From positions 1 through 64,000 of the forward strand of contig JBDRNC010000018.1 of the NCBI GenBank assembly GCA_043811535.1: DNA of 64,000 nucleotides, in the 5' to 3' direction. The position numbers and the translations under genes are program-made. This document shows positions 30,238 to 40,286 of the stretch, in pieces. How positions within the stretch are numbered: position 1 is the first letter of the stretch; the number at the start of each line of letters is the position of its first letter. Source of the stretch: Elusimicrobiota bacterium (lineage in GTDB: Bacteria > Elusimicrobiota > Endomicrobiia > Endomicrobiales > JBDRNC01). Below the pieces are notes generated by a model. That model saw nothing but the letters and a program-made list of their open reading frames with translations. It searched no databases and was not told the origin of the DNA.

Positions 30238-31245
30238 TCACTGCTGCGCGTTCAAAAACTTGCCGAATTTTCCGCTGTAAACAGATATCATCCTGGTCTT
30301 TGACAGCGATTCAGCGCGTCTGATTTCGGCTTTCGCGGCAGCGACATTATTTTGCTGGAAATATATGTTCGCGAGAAAAAAATGCAGGAGCGCTTCGCCG
30401 GGAAGCTTTTCAAGCGCTATCTGGAACATTTTTTCCGCGGGTGTAAGGTCCTTATTGCCCAGATACAATACCCCCAGGTAAATGTAGGCGTCCGGCTTGG
30501 AAGGATCGAGTTTTACCGCCCGGGAAAACATATCCTCGGCTTCGCTTACTTTCTTGCCGGACTGGTAAAGACTCCCTAAATTGAGAAAATCGCCGTAGTT
30601 CTCTTCCGTGGAAATGACTCTTTTCAACATCGCTATGGCTATTTCCGTATCCCCGAGATTCCCCGCGCAAAGCGCGATTTGCCTGTATACTTTCGTTTCC
30701 GGTTTTATAGTCAACGTCTTTCTGAAATAATCCATGGCCTGGGAATTCAGGTTCTGCTTCAAATAAAGCTGGGCGAGAGCGTAATTAGCGCTGAAGGATT
30801 TCCGGTGAGTAGCCAGTATGCTCAGATATTCTCCGCGGGCAAGCTCTTGAAGATCGCTTTGCTCGTAAGCCGAGGCGAGCTTTAGCCGCGCGTCTTCCGC
30901 AAGCGGCGCCAGATCCACCGCCTCTTGATAGGATTCAATCGCCTGCGCGTATTGGCTGTCCAGAAGATACATGTCCCCTATCAGCATCCATATCGCATAG
31001 GCGCTCTTTTTCGGGGGACGATCTTCCAGCGCTTTCCTGTAAGACTCCACGGCGTTCTTCCTGTCTGCTTTTTGCACGTAAAGATCCGCGAGTTTCAGAT
31101 ATATCTCTATCCTTTCCCTCTTTTTTGCCGTTTTCGGCAGAACCTGAAGGAGGGATTCAATAGTGTCCGGGGCCTTTTCCGCTGCGGAGAAAACGATACC
31201 CGCGGAGAAGAATAAGATTGATATGAGAAAAGTGTGTCTTTTCAT
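30238..31245 (-). CDS. Exported tetratricopeptide repeat protein
   Basis: Signal peptide and about 8 TPR-like repeats (LG..Y...A...Y..A...P). Confidence 0.9.
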   Translation of the reverse strand: MKRHTFLISILFFSAGIVFSAAEKAPDTIESLLQVLPKTAKKRERIEIYLKLADLYVQKADRKNAVESYRKALEDRPPKKSAYAIWMLIGDMYLLDSQYAQAIESYQEAVDLAPLAEDARLKLASAYEQSDLQELARGEYLSILATHRKSFSANYALAQLYLKQNLNSQAMDYFRKTLTIKPETKVYRQIALCAGNLGDTEIAIAMLKRVISTEENYGDFLNLGSLYQSGKKVSEAEDMFSRAVKLDPSKPDAYIYLGVLYLGNKDLTPAEKMFQIALEKLPGEALLHFFLANIYFQQNNVAAAKAEIRRAESLSKTRMISVYSGKFGKFLNAQQ

Positions 31246-31262
31246 AATAAATATATATTATT

Positions 31263-31328
31263 AAACGGTTAAATGGCTATATGGCTAAAGGCTTTCAACC
31301 ATTTAACAATTTTGCCATTTAGCTATTT
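31263..31328. repeat. Period-8 inverted-repeat junction element
   Basis: aacggtta aatggcta tatggcta ... aaccattt aacaattt tgccattt agctattt. Confidence 0.85.
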
Positions 31329-32276
31329 AAAAAGGTATTCATCCGATGTCCGCTGTATCAGCGCCTGTTTCAGCTCCAGTATTTTCTGTCTCGCAGCTAA
31401 TACCCCCGCTTCGATGCAGTCCTTTGAGCGGCTCAAATCCACCGCAGTGACATCCTTCACCTTCGGGATTATCGTGAAATCCGAAAGTTTGAGCCTTTCG
31501 TTGTCCAGCAGTCTTCCCTGTATGTAAATTGATTGAGTAAGCACCATGAACACGTTGGAAACGTCATACTTGCTGAAATCGGCGGACGCGACGACCGCAA
31601 TGATGAAATCCGCCCCCAGAAGCCTGGCCACGTCCGTGGGTATGTTATCCGAAAGCCCGCCGTCTACAAGAAAACGCTGCCTGTAAGGGACTGGATCGAA
31701 GAGGCCCGGGACGGTGGAACTGGCTCTCGCGGCCAACGCTACATCCCCATCCCTCAATATTATGCGTTCGCCCGTCTTGAGATCGGTCGCTACGCACGCG
31801 AACGGTATCTTAAGGTCCTCAAACCTGACGCTGCCTATGTTCTTCTGAAGGTATTTCTCCATTTTTTCTGTGGAAAGAAGGCGCTTTGTTATGAGCAGTC
31901 TTATAATGCTGGGATCCGAAATATTGGTAAGGTCGTTCCATCCTATATTCTCGCCTATCTGTTCTATCTTATCCATCGGAACGCCTGCCGCGTAAAGAGA
32001 CCCTACCAGGGCCCCGACACTGTTCCCTATTATCATGTCCACTGGAAGTTTTTCTTCATCGAGGACTTTCAGCACCCCTATGTGGGCAAGCCCCCTGGCG
32101 CCGCCGCCGCCGAGCACAAGCGCTATCCTCGGCCTGTGAGGAGGCGCAAGCTCGATAAACCGCTGCCACAGGTAATTTGTCAGGAAGGTTTCCTGGTCCA
32201 AGCAACGCGCGGGAGTGTAAATTGACATGGAGAGAATTATCAGGAGAGATGTTTTGAAGAAGTGTTTAGTTTTCAT
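31323..32276 (-). CDS. Patatin-like phospholipase (signal peptide)
   Basis: LGGGGARGLAHIGV, GNSVG nucleophile, LVDGG. Confidence 0.93.
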   Translation of the reverse strand: MKTKHFFKTSLLIILSMSIYTPARCLDQETFLTNYLWQRFIELAPPHRPRIALVLGGGGARGLAHIGVLKVLDEEKLPVDMIIGNSVGALVGSLYAAGVPMDKIEQIGENIGWNDLTNISDPSIIRLLITKRLLSTEKMEKYLQKNIGSVRFEDLKIPFACVATDLKTGERIILRDGDVALAARASSTVPGLFDPVPYRQRFLVDGGLSDNIPTDVARLLGADFIIAVVASADFSKYDVSNVFMVLTQSIYIQGRLLDNERLKLSDFTIIPKVKDVTAVDLSRSKDCIEAGVLAARQKILELKQALIQRTSDEYLFK

Positions 32277-32283
32277 GAAATTC

Positions 32284-32402
32284 ATGGTCAAATGGTTAAA
32301 TGGCTATATGGCTAAATAATTAAATTGTCGAATTGCTAAATGGTAAACTTGCTAAACGACATTGGCTGTACAGCCATTTGGCAATTTAGCCGTTTAGCCA
32401 TT
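32284..32402. repeat. Period-8 inverted-repeat junction element (longest copy)
   Basis: About 9 units of atggYtaa/attgctaa, then agccattt ggcaattt agccgttt agccatt. Confidence 0.9.
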
Positions 32403-32407
32403 AATTA

Positions 32408-33571
32408 TTATTTGAGCGGTCCGCCGATTGACCATTCCAGGTCCGCGTGGCTTGAAAGCAGCTGCTGGGCTGAATCTATCCACTGGAGTTCGGCGTCCAG
32501 TTTTTTTTCAGATTCAAGCGATTCCGCCCGTTTTGAATTTTGAATGGATTCCCTGCTTTTCCAGAAGTTATAATCCAGCAGCGCCTGCCGCACGTCAAGA
32601 TTGACCTGATCCTGTATGTCGGCCCTGCGTATCTTGCTTTCCTCTTCCTGGTGCCTCCGCTGCCTTGTCCTGGCCAGAGAGGCCCACCCGTCAAAAATTG
32701 GGAAATTCATGTTTATAGTCGCGTTCCAGTTCCTTTCTTCGAGAGGGAACGCGCCGCCGGCCCATTCATAGTTCGCTCCGAGGCTTATCGTCGCTTTGCG
32801 CTCTATCTGCGTAAGATTCACCTGAAGTGTGTTTATGGCTTCCTGGAACTGCGTCTGCCTGAGTTCAGGCCTGTGCTGAATGGCCCACGCGAGGCACTTG
32901 TTAAGGTCATATTCGCCTTCGGGGGCTTTCAGCGCGCCTTGCACGTCTATCAACGTCGTGAGTTCAAGGCCCATGATTTCAAGAAAATAGAGTTTCTTCT
33001 TTTCATATTCGTATTTCGCCCTGGCCAGTTCCGCGCGTGCTTTTTCCTGAGCCGATCCTTTAATGTTTTCGTAAATTCCTATTTTTTCCTTCGCCACAAG
33101 CAGGGAATAGAATGCTTTCCGCACTTCCCTGATCCTCTTGTTCCTGATAACTTCCGCCTGCGCCTGCGCCTGCGAAAGGTTTTTCTCAGCCAGTTCAAGG
33201 TTTGTTGAATACCTCCCGCCGGCGTAAAGATACTGCCAAAGCGAAAACCTGGTGGAATAATAATTATCGTTGCTTCCGGGCGGAAGGTACAGCGAGCCGA
33301 AAGTCGGCGCCAGCACCGTAGGAAAATCGCTCTGGAACTGCGACGCGCTGAAATTCAGGTCTATCTTCGGATAAATGAGCGCTTTTGACTCCTTTACCCT
33401 TTGCTCGGCGATATACACCTGCTCCTGCGCTATCATGATCTCCTGACTGATCTGCATCGCAGTCGTGATGCTCTCCTCAAGCGACAGCGTGCGCTCGACG
33501 GGCCCGGAAAAGACGGAAGACGGAAGAAGGAAGATGGAAATTAAAACGGCAAAAAACAATAATTTTTTCAT
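32408..33571 (-). CDS. TolC-family outer-membrane efflux protein (short)
   Basis: Signal peptide, LSLEESI..A, YPKIDL, VRKAFYSLL, A..HRPEL, FPIFDG. Confidence 0.8.
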   Translation of the reverse strand: MKKLLFFAVLISIFLLPSSVFSGPVERTLSLEESITTAMQISQEIMIAQEQVYIAEQRVKESKALIYPKIDLNFSASQFQSDFPTVLAPTFGSLYLPPGSNDNYYSTRFSLWQYLYAGGRYSTNLELAEKNLSQAQAQAEVIRNKRIREVRKAFYSLLVAKEKIGIYENIKGSAQEKARAELARAKYEYEKKKLYFLEIMGLELTTLIDVQGALKAPEGEYDLNKCLAWAIQHRPELRQTQFQEAINTLQVNLTQIERKATISLGANYEWAGGAFPLEERNWNATINMNFPIFDGWASLARTRQRRHQEEESKIRRADIQDQVNLDVRQALLDYNFWKSRESIQNSKRAESLESEKKLDAELQWIDSAQQLLSSHADLEWSIGGPLK

Positions 33572-34896
33572 TTTAGTATTTGTTTGAACGCCTTGATCTG
33601 TTTTTCCACGGAAGACGGTGACGTGCCGCCTTCTGAAGATTTCGCTTTCACTATATTTTCAGGATGCAGAAGCCGTCTGACATCCGGGTTGAACTTGGAT
33701 GAGAATCCTGCAAGCTCAGACGGCCTTAGGTCCTCAAGCCTCTTGCCTGACTTCGCGCAGTGTTTGACTATGCCCGCGACTATTCCGTGCGCCTGCCTGA
33801 AAGGTATCCCCTTCTTCGTGAGATAATCCGCGAGTTCGGTCGCTTCCATATACCCGTGTTCCGTCGCCGTAAACATCCTTGTCTTGTTGATTTTTAAAGT
33901 TCCGACGAGCGGTGTCATGACCTCAAGACAGTCCTTAACCGTATCTATCGCGTCAAAAACAGGCGGCTTATCCTCCTGCATATCGCTGTTATACGTGAGC
34001 GGCAGGCCTTTCATAATAGTAAGCAGCGCCGCCAGCGAGCCGAACACCCTGCCTGTTTTTCCCCTTACAAGCTCAAGCACGTCCGGGTTCCTTTTTTGCG
34101 GCATTATCGAGGATCCCGTCGTAAACTCGTCGTGTATCCTCACGAACGCGAACTCCCAGCTCTGCCAGATGATAAGCTGTTCCGAAAGCCGTGAAAGGTG
34201 CATTGATATTATGCTCAGCGCGGACAGCGTTTCTATCATGAAGTCCCTGTCGCTGACGGCATCCATGGAATTTTCGGTGACCGAACAGAAACCGAGCAGC
34301 TTCGCGATATATTTTCTGTCTATCGGGAATGATGTCCCGGCAAGCGCGGCGCTTCCGAGAGGCATCACGTTTACCCTTTTAAGGCAATCCGAGAGCCGTT
34401 CGGCATCCCGCTGAAGCATCCAAGCGAAAGAGAGAAGCGCGTGGGCGAAAAGCACGGGCTGGGCCGGCTGCAGATGAGTGTAGCCGGGCATGACGGCGTC
34501 CTTATTGACTTCGGAAACAGTGACGAGCGCCCTCTGAAACTCCCTGACAAGGCCGTAAATGTTGATGATTTCATCCCTTACGTACAATCTGACATCAAGA
34601 GCTATCTGGTCATTCCTGCTCCGGGCGGTATGAAGCTTGCCGCCTACCGGGCCGATCCTTCTAATAAGTTCTGCTTCCACCGTGAAGTGGACATCGTCCC
34701 CGAGCCGGATCTTCTTCCCTCTCAGAATGTCCGACTTGATGGACTCGAGCCCTCTTATGATCTTCCTGCCTTCCGCCGCGGGAATGATCCGGCACTTGGC
34801 AAGCATCTTTGCGTGCGCGATCGAACCGATAATGTCGTACTCGACCAGCCGCATGTCAAAAGATACCGAAGCGACAAAATCCCTTATGCTTTTCAT
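33568..34896 (-). CDS. argH: Argininosuccinate lyase
   Basis: LHTARSRNDQ, MPGYTHLQPAQP, TGSSIMPQKRNPD, PFRQAH. Confidence 0.97.
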   Translation of the reverse strand: MKSIRDFVASVSFDMRLVEYDIIGSIAHAKMLAKCRIIPAAEGRKIIRGLESIKSDILRGKKIRLGDDVHFTVEAELIRRIGPVGGKLHTARSRNDQIALDVRLYVRDEIINIYGLVREFQRALVTVSEVNKDAVMPGYTHLQPAQPVLFAHALLSFAWMLQRDAERLSDCLKRVNVMPLGSAALAGTSFPIDRKYIAKLLGFCSVTENSMDAVSDRDFMIETLSALSIISMHLSRLSEQLIIWQSWEFAFVRIHDEFTTGSSIMPQKRNPDVLELVRGKTGRVFGSLAALLTIMKGLPLTYNSDMQEDKPPVFDAIDTVKDCLEVMTPLVGTLKINKTRMFTATEHGYMEATELADYLTKKGIPFRQAHGIVAGIVKHCAKSGKRLEDLRPSELAGFSSKFNPDVRRLLHPENIVKAKSSEGGTSPSSVEKQIKAFKQILK

Positions 34897-34918
34897 TTTT
34901 ATCCCTTTATTTTGGATA

Positions 34919-35025
34919 CCAGACTAAAGTCCGGCCTACTTTGTTCTGTTGCGAAGTTGAAACCCATCCTACAATAGGTTTTTAGTAATTGTATTTGGTA
35001 GACCGGCACTTAAGTGCCGGTCTAC
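34919..35025. repeat. REP-like cluster (type C on minus, partial GTAGGATGGGTT on minus, type B palindrome)
   Basis: ccagactaaagtccggcctac at 34919-34939; aacccatcctac at 34961-34972; 28-bp palindrome at 34998-35025. Confidence 0.8.
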
Positions 35026-35048
35026 TGCTTACTCGCCCACTCGCCTAC

Positions 35049-36263
35049 TTACTTTCTCGCTCTCTTTTTATCTAATATCGCCTTGACCTTTACCGGAAGG
35101 CCGAAAAGATTAATGAATCCCTCCGCGTCCTTCTGGTTGTAGATCTGCTCACTGCTGAACGTGGCAAGTTTTTCCCAGTAAAGCGAATAGGGGGATTTCC
35201 TTGACGCCACTATGATATTGCCTTTATAGAGTTTTAGTTTTACCGAGCCGGTCACCCTTTTCTGCGTTTCGTTCACGAAGGCGTCAAGCGCTTCTTTCTG
35301 CGGCGTGAACCAGAGGCCGTAATACGCGATTTCCGCGTATTTCTCGGCCACGAGCCGCTTGTAGTGGAGCGTTTCCCTGTCCAGCGTCAGCGATTCAAGT
35401 TCCGAGTGAGCGAAATGCAGCACCGTCCCGGCCGGCGTCTCGTAAACGCCCCTTGATTTCATCCCTACGAGCCGGTTCTCAACTACGTCCGCCCTGCCGA
35501 TGCCGTTTGCGCCCGCTATTTTATTGAGTTTTTCAAAAAGCTCTACGGGCCCGGTCTTTTTTCCGTTCAACCCGACCGGAATCCCTTTTTTGAATTCAAG
35601 CGTGACATAAACCGGCCTGTTCGGCGCCTTTTGCGGGGAAACCGTCATCTGGAACATCGATTCGTCGTACTCGTTCTCAAGATTTTCCAGGACTCCGCCC
35701 TCGTAGGATATATGAAGCAGATTAGCGTCCGATGAATACGGCTTCGCTTTGGTGACCGGAACGGGTATTCCGTGCTCCTTGGCGTAATCTATCTCGTCTT
35801 CCCTTGACTTGAGTTCCCATTCCCGCCAGGGAGCGATGATTTTAAGCTCCGGCATCAGAGCTTTAAAAGTCAATTCAAACCTGACCTGGTCGTTCCCTTT
35901 CCCGGTGGCGCCGTGCGCGACCGCGTCCGCCTTCTCTTTCCTGGCGACCTCGACTATTTTCTGCGCGATGATGGGCCTTGCCAGCGACGTACCGAGCATG
36001 TACTTGCCTTCATAAATCGCGCCCGCCTTTATCGCCGGGAATATGTAATCCGTCACGAACTCTTCCCTGGCATCTATGACGTACGCCTTGTCAGCGCCGG
36101 TCCTGAGCGCCTTGGCTTTCAGGCCAGACAATTCCTTGCCCTGCCCGACGTCCACAGCGCAGGCAATTATCTCCGCGCCGTACTTTTCCTTGAGCCATTT
36201 GAGTATCACCGACGTGTCCAGCCCGCCGGAATAAGCCACTACGATCTTTTTTATTTCTGACAT
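35049..36263 (-). CDS. argG: Argininosuccinate synthase
   Basis: [39 protein letters not shown]. Confidence 0.98.
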   Translation of the reverse strand: MSEIKKIVVAYSGGLDTSVILKWLKEKYGAEIIACAVDVGQGKELSGLKAKALRTGADKAYVIDAREEFVTDYIFPAIKAGAIYEGKYMLGTSLARPIIAQKIVEVARKEKADAVAHGATGKGNDQVRFELTFKALMPELKIIAPWREWELKSREDEIDYAKEHGIPVPVTKAKPYSSDANLLHISYEGGVLENLENEYDESMFQMTVSPQKAPNRPVYVTLEFKKGIPVGLNGKKTGPVELFEKLNKIAGANGIGRADVVENRLVGMKSRGVYETPAGTVLHFAHSELESLTLDRETLHYKRLVAEKYAEIAYYGLWFTPQKEALDAFVNETQKRVTGSVKLKLYKGNIIVASRKSPYSLYWEKLATFSSEQIYNQKDAEGFINLFGLPVKVKAILDKKRARK

Positions 36264-37426
36264 TTTAGCGCTTCCTCCAGTATGTTTACGGCCGTGTCAA
36301 CATCCTCTTTGTCTATGATAAAAGGAGGCAGGAATCTCAGGACCGTGTCGTGCGTACAGTTTATGAGAAGCCCCTTCTGTTGACAGAATTTTACCACATC
36401 AGCGCCGTTGAAATCAAGCTCAACGCCGAGCATGAGGCCCTCGCCCCTAACTTCCTTTATGCACGCGAATTTTGTCTTCAGGGCTTCCAGCTTCCATTTA
36501 AAATACCTTCCCGTTTTCTTTACCTTCTGCAGGAGCTTGGGCGTGACAAGCCTCAGGTACTCGACGGCCGCGGCGCAAGCCACGGGGTTGCCGCCGAACG
36601 TCGTGCCGTGCTCTCCCGCTATCAGCGCGAGAGCTACGCTGTCTTTCGCCACGGTGGCGGCAAGCGGGAGCCCCCCTCCCAAACTTTTCGCCACGGTTAT
36701 TATGTCGGGTGTTATCCCGGCCGACTCGTAGGCGAACATCTCGCCCGTTCTGCCGAGTCCGCACTGGATCTCGTCGCAGATAAGCAGGAGTTTTTTCTGG
36801 TCGCACAGCGTCCGGAGCGATTTCATGAACCCCGGAGTCGCGCAGTGTATTCCGCCTTCGCCCTGTATCGGCTCCAGCATCACGGCGACTGTCTTCTCCG
36901 TGACGGCTGACTTGACCGAATCTATGTCATTGAACTCGGCGTACTTGAATCCTTCCAGCCATGGTTCAAATCCCTTCTTCAGTTTTTCCTGGGATGTCGC
37001 GGATATCGTGGCTATGGTCCTGCCGTGGAAACAATTATTGAAGGTGATTATCTCATACCTTCCGCCGCTGGCGCTTCCCCACTTCCGCGCGAGTTTTATC
37101 GCGCACTCGCACGCTTCAGCGCCGGAATTTGACAGGAAAACCCTGCCGGCGAACGACTTTTTTACCAGTTCCTCCGCAAGTTTTACCTGCGGGGCCGCGT
37201 AATAGTAATTTGAAACGTGCATGTATTTCCCGCACTGTTTCCTTATCGCGGCCATTATCCTTGGATGGCAGTGCCCCATGTTGGCCACGCTTATCCCCGT
37301 GAAGAAATCAAGATGCCTTTCCCCGTCGTCATCCCACACGTACTTGCCCTTCGCCTTGTCCACTACCAGTTCGTGCCGTTTATACGTCTGAAAGACGTAT
37401 TCCTTTTCCTTGCTTATTATATTCAT
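36251..37426 (-). CDS. argD: Acetylornithine aminotransferase
   Basis: Class [50 protein letters not shown]; lies between argB and argG. Confidence 0.93.
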   Translation of the reverse strand: MNIISKEKEYVFQTYKRHELVVDKAKGKYVWDDDGERHLDFFTGISVANMGHCHPRIMAAIRKQCGKYMHVSNYYYAAPQVKLAEELVKKSFAGRVFLSNSGAEACECAIKLARKWGSASGGRYEIITFNNCFHGRTIATISATSQEKLKKGFEPWLEGFKYAEFNDIDSVKSAVTEKTVAVMLEPIQGEGGIHCATPGFMKSLRTLCDQKKLLLICDEIQCGLGRTGEMFAYESAGITPDIITVAKSLGGGLPLAATVAKDSVALALIAGEHGTTFGGNPVACAAAVEYLRLVTPKLLQKVKKTGRYFKWKLEALKTKFACIKEVRGEGLMLGVELDFNGADVVKFCQQKGLLINCTHDTVLRFLPPFIIDKEDVDTAVNILEEALKCQK

Positions 37427-37447
37427 CGTATTCTCCGCAATATTGTT

Positions 37448-37547
37448 CCCCCGATTGAAATCGGGGGCTACAAAGGTATTCTGCTATTCCCCGTAGACCG
37501 GCACTTAAGTGCCGGTCTGCTTCCGTCTCCCATCTTCCTTCTTCCGT
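37448..37547. repeat. REP-like doublet (type A + type B) followed by a lone CTTCCRT 4x7 arm
   Basis: cccccgattgaaatcgggggctac at 37448-37471; gtagaccggcacttaagtgccggtctgc at 37493-37520; cttccgt ctcccat cttcctt cttccgt at 37520-37547. Confidence 0.85.
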
Positions 37548-38297
37548 CTATTTTTTAATTACTGTTCCTCGTAGACGCGAAAAGTCGGCGGTTCCGTGCG
37601 CTATCCAGACCTCTTTGACTCCGGACTTAACGGCTTTGACGCACGCCTTTATCTTTGGGACCATTCCGCCGCTGATTACTCCTTTTGAAATGAGCTTTCC
37701 CGCGGCCGATATTTTTATTTTAGGTATCATTTTCCCGTCCTTATCCAGCACGCCCTCGACATCCGTAAGCAATATGAGCTTGCCGGCTTTCAGCGCGCAA
37801 GCCACGCCCATCGCGGCCGAGTCGGCGTTGACGTTCAACGTGTGCCCTGTCCCGTCAAAACCGAGAGATGAAACTACGGGCAGAAATCTTTTTTTGAGCA
37901 GTTCATATATCAGCCCTACCCTCACGCTGACCGGTTCCCCGACAAATCCCAGGCTGGCAATTCTTTTGCATAGAATCATGCCGCCGTCCTTACCCGATAA
38001 TCCGACGGCCTTCACCCCGTGCCTGTTGAGTTCCCCTACCAGCCCCTTATTGACCTTGCCGATTAGCACCATCTCCACAATTTCCAGCGCGGGCCCGTCT
38101 GTATATCTCAGCCCCTTGACGAATTTGCTCTTGATCCCGGCTTTTTCAAGCCATTTATTTATTTCCGGGCCTCCGCCGTGCACAAGGACGACAGCCGTCT
38201 TCCTTGAAAGGGCGACAAGGTTTTTCAGGAAAGCCTTCCTCACGCTTTCGTTCCCGCTTATGCTCCCCCCGAATTTAATAACCGTTATCTTATTCAT
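37548..38297 (-). CDS. argB: Acetylglutamate kinase
   Basis: VIKFGGS, VHGGGPEI, GLRYTD, GLSGKDG, NVNADSAA, LTDVEGV, GGMVPK. Confidence 0.96.
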   Translation of the reverse strand: MNKITVIKFGGSISGNESVRKAFLKNLVALSRKTAVVLVHGGGPEINKWLEKAGIKSKFVKGLRYTDGPALEIVEMVLIGKVNKGLVGELNRHGVKAVGLSGKDGGMILCKRIASLGFVGEPVSVRVGLIYELLKKRFLPVVSSLGFDGTGHTLNVNADSAAMGVACALKAGKLILLTDVEGVLDKDGKMIPKIKISAAGKLISKGVISGGMVPKIKACVKAVKSGVKEVWIAHGTADFSRLRGTVIKK

Positions 38298-38305
38298 TTT
38301 ATGTC

Positions 38306-38400
38306 AGTAATTAGCTATTAGCCCGCCGCGGCGGGGCGATTAGTGTAATGCAATGCACCGGATAACTTCAACTAATTGCTAATGGCAAATAGCTAATTGC
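38306..38400. repeat. Period-7 inverted-repeat junction element (AGCNATT / AATNGCT family) with nested CCGCCGCGGCGG palindrome
   Basis: agtaatt agctatt ag[cccgccgcggcgg]ggcgatt ... actaatt gctaatg gcaaata gctaatt. Confidence 0.8.
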
Positions 38401-39160
38401 CGCCTTTTTTATACTTCGGACAGCTGTTCCTCAGTTCGCAGCCCTTGCACTTGGCCAGATTGGGAGTATAGTCCTTTCGGACTATCTTGTCCGCCACGCT
38501 CGCGATTGTTTTTCGGGCCGCGGCAAGCTGTTCCCCGCTCCGCGCGGAAACCAGCTTCTGTCCGTGGGCGAGAAAATACAGCGTCAGCATTTCCGGCTCA
38601 AATCCTAAACATTCCTTGCACGCCAGCGCGTAAACGCTCAACTGAAGGTCGGAATCTATCCTGTCCTTGTTCCATATCTCGTTATGCGTCTTGTAATCTA
38701 TGACTTCGTAAGTTCCGTCGGGATGCCTGTCTATCCTGTCTATGATGCCCCTGACACTGTGCCTTCCCAGGTGAAAACTGAAATTCTTTTCCACAAAAAG
38801 TATCTCGGACTTCATGTCCCTCGCGGCGTTCCAGTAATTTTCCAGCATCCTGCAGCCCTTGTTGTAATAATCCAGCGCCTGCTGGGGTGTCGCGAAACCT
38901 TCATTCACCCAGAACTTGTCAAAACATTCCAGCAGGTCCTGGAGACCGTCGTACTTATTGGAGTGAAAGTCCTGAAGCGCGCGGTGCACACTATGGCCCA
39001 GAGAGATTGGCCCCGTCGGCTGGACGAACTTCCCGTCCTCGTAAAGCAGTTTGAACCTCATCGGGCACGTCAGATACGCGTATACCTTGGAATAACTTAC
39101 TTCGGTGCCGCCGCCCCCGAACAGCCCAAACAATCCCGCCAATAAGTTCTTAATGCTCAT
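38393..39160 (-). CDS. PD-(D/E)XK nuclease, RecB/AddB/Cas4-like with four-Cys Fe-S staple
   Basis: SYS...Y.TCP, GHSVH, GIIDRID, IDYKT, QLSVYA, CKGCELRNSC. Confidence 0.88.
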   Translation of the reverse strand: MSIKNLLAGLFGLFGGGGTEVSYSKVYAYLTCPMRFKLLYEDGKFVQPTGPISLGHSVHRALQDFHSNKYDGLQDLLECFDKFWVNEGFATPQQALDYYNKGCRMLENYWNAARDMKSEILFVEKNFSFHLGRHSVRGIIDRIDRHPDGTYEVIDYKTHNEIWNKDRIDSDLQLSVYALACKECLGFEPEMLTLYFLAHGQKLVSARSGEQLAAARKTIASVADKIVRKDYTPNLAKCKGCELRNSCPKYKKGGN

Positions 39161-39166
39161 TCTGCC

Positions 39167-39742
39167 CTATTCTGCCTTTCTATAAAACACGACAATCGTG
39201 TCGCCGTATTTTTCCTGCCTGAAAGCCATTAATTGAGCGGGCGCCTCGACCGGCTCCTTTATATGCCTTTGGCTTATTATCCACCCGTTATCATCCAGCA
39301 CACCTGATTCAAACACAATCTTAAGCGTGATTCCCGTAAGGTTCAGCGGCTTTTTCTGGCTATCCTTGTAGGGAGGCCCCATGTACACTATTCCGAATTT
39401 CCCGTCAAGCCACCCGAGGCCTCTCGTTATATCGTGCTGCTCGACCTTCGCCCTGCCCGTCCAGCCGAGTTCCGCAAGATTCTGCTCTATGAGTTTCGCG
39501 CAGCGCCGGTCGCCGTCCACAAAAACCGCTTTTTTCGCGCCGCGCGACAGCGCCTCGATGCCTACAGCCCCTGTTCCGGCGTAAAGGTCAAGAAAAAGCA
39601 AGCCGGGAAGCTTCGCCGCCAGTATGTCGAAAATTGATTTTTTTATCCTTCCGAGCAACGGCCTGACCGAAAGGTCGTTCTTAAAGGTCTTTATGTAGCG
39701 GCCGCCCGCTTCCCCGCCTATGATGCGTATGCCTTCAGCCAT
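39167..39742 (-). CDS. rsmD: 16S rRNA (guanine966-N2)-methyltransferase
   Basis: IRIIGG..GG, FLDLYAGTGAVGIEALSRGA, PPY (GPPY rather than DPPY), KYGDT. Confidence 0.85.
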   Translation of the reverse strand: MAEGIRIIGGEAGGRYIKTFKNDLSVRPLLGRIKKSIFDILAAKLPGLLFLDLYAGTGAVGIEALSRGAKKAVFVDGDRRCAKLIEQNLAELGWTGRAKVEQHDITRGLGWLDGKFGIVYMGPPYKDSQKKPLNLTGITLKIVFESGVLDDNGWIISQRHIKEPVEAPAQLMAFRQEKYGDTIVVFYRKAE

Positions 39743-39750
39743 TTAGCAAT

Positions 39751-39829
39751 CCGTATCTCGTGACTCGTATCTAGTATCTCGTAAAAATTTAACCTTTAAC
39801 GAGCCACGAACGACGAGATACGAGATACT
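39751..39829. repeat. Period-7 inverted-repeat junction element (TCGTATC / ACGAGAT family)
   Basis: ccgtatc tcgtgac tcgtatc tagtatc tcgt ... acgagcc acgaacg acgagat acgagat. Confidence 0.88.
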
Positions 39830-39832
39830 GCC

Positions 39833-40252
39833 TCATTTTTCACCGATGACTTGTACGAAAATCTTTCTGTCTCTCGGACGGTTGTCAAGCTCTATGAATA
39901 CTATCTGCTGCCAGGTGCCCAGAACGAGTTTTCCGCCGCTGAACGGGAACGTCTTGCTTGTGCCTAAAAGAGCCGACCTTAAGTGCGAATACCCGTTCGC
40001 GTCGCCCCAGGTCGCGTCATGGGCGTAGGTTTTATTCGAAGGCACAAGTTTCTCAAGCGTGTTTTTAAGGTCGCTGACAAGTGCCGGCTCGTATTCAAGC
40101 GTCGTGACGGCGCCAGTGGAACCTATGACCGAAACCGTCGCGATGCCATCCGATAACTTGCTTTCCCGGACAACCTTTTGGATATCCTGCGTGATGTCAA
40201 TTATGTCTGTGTCGCCCGAAGTTGAAAGCCGTATTTCTTTAGCAAAAACCAT
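39833..40252 (-). CDS. yjbQ: YjbQ/UPF0047 family protein
   Basis: DIT, GST.A.T..E, YAHD...NG.SHLRS, LGTWQQI.F.E.D...R. Confidence 0.9.
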   Translation of the reverse strand: MVFAKEIRLSTSGDTDIIDITQDIQKVVRESKLSDGIATVSVIGSTGAVTTLEYEPALVSDLKNTLEKLVPSNKTYAHDATWGDANGYSHLRSALLGTSKTFPFSGGKLVLGTWQQIVFIELDNRPRDRKIFVQVIGEK

Positions 40253-40258
40253 TGATAT

Positions 40259-40286
40259 ATTATACTTATTATTGATAAAAAGTCAA
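40259..40286 (-). promoter_or_regulatory. Sigma70-type promoter, probably leaderless yjbQ transcript
   Basis: Minus strand TTGACT-16 bp-TATAAT, 6 nt before the ATG, no SD. Confidence 0.65.

Noticed and set aside
38393..39160. CRISPR adaptation Cas4
   Set aside because: No cas1/cas2 or array in the window.
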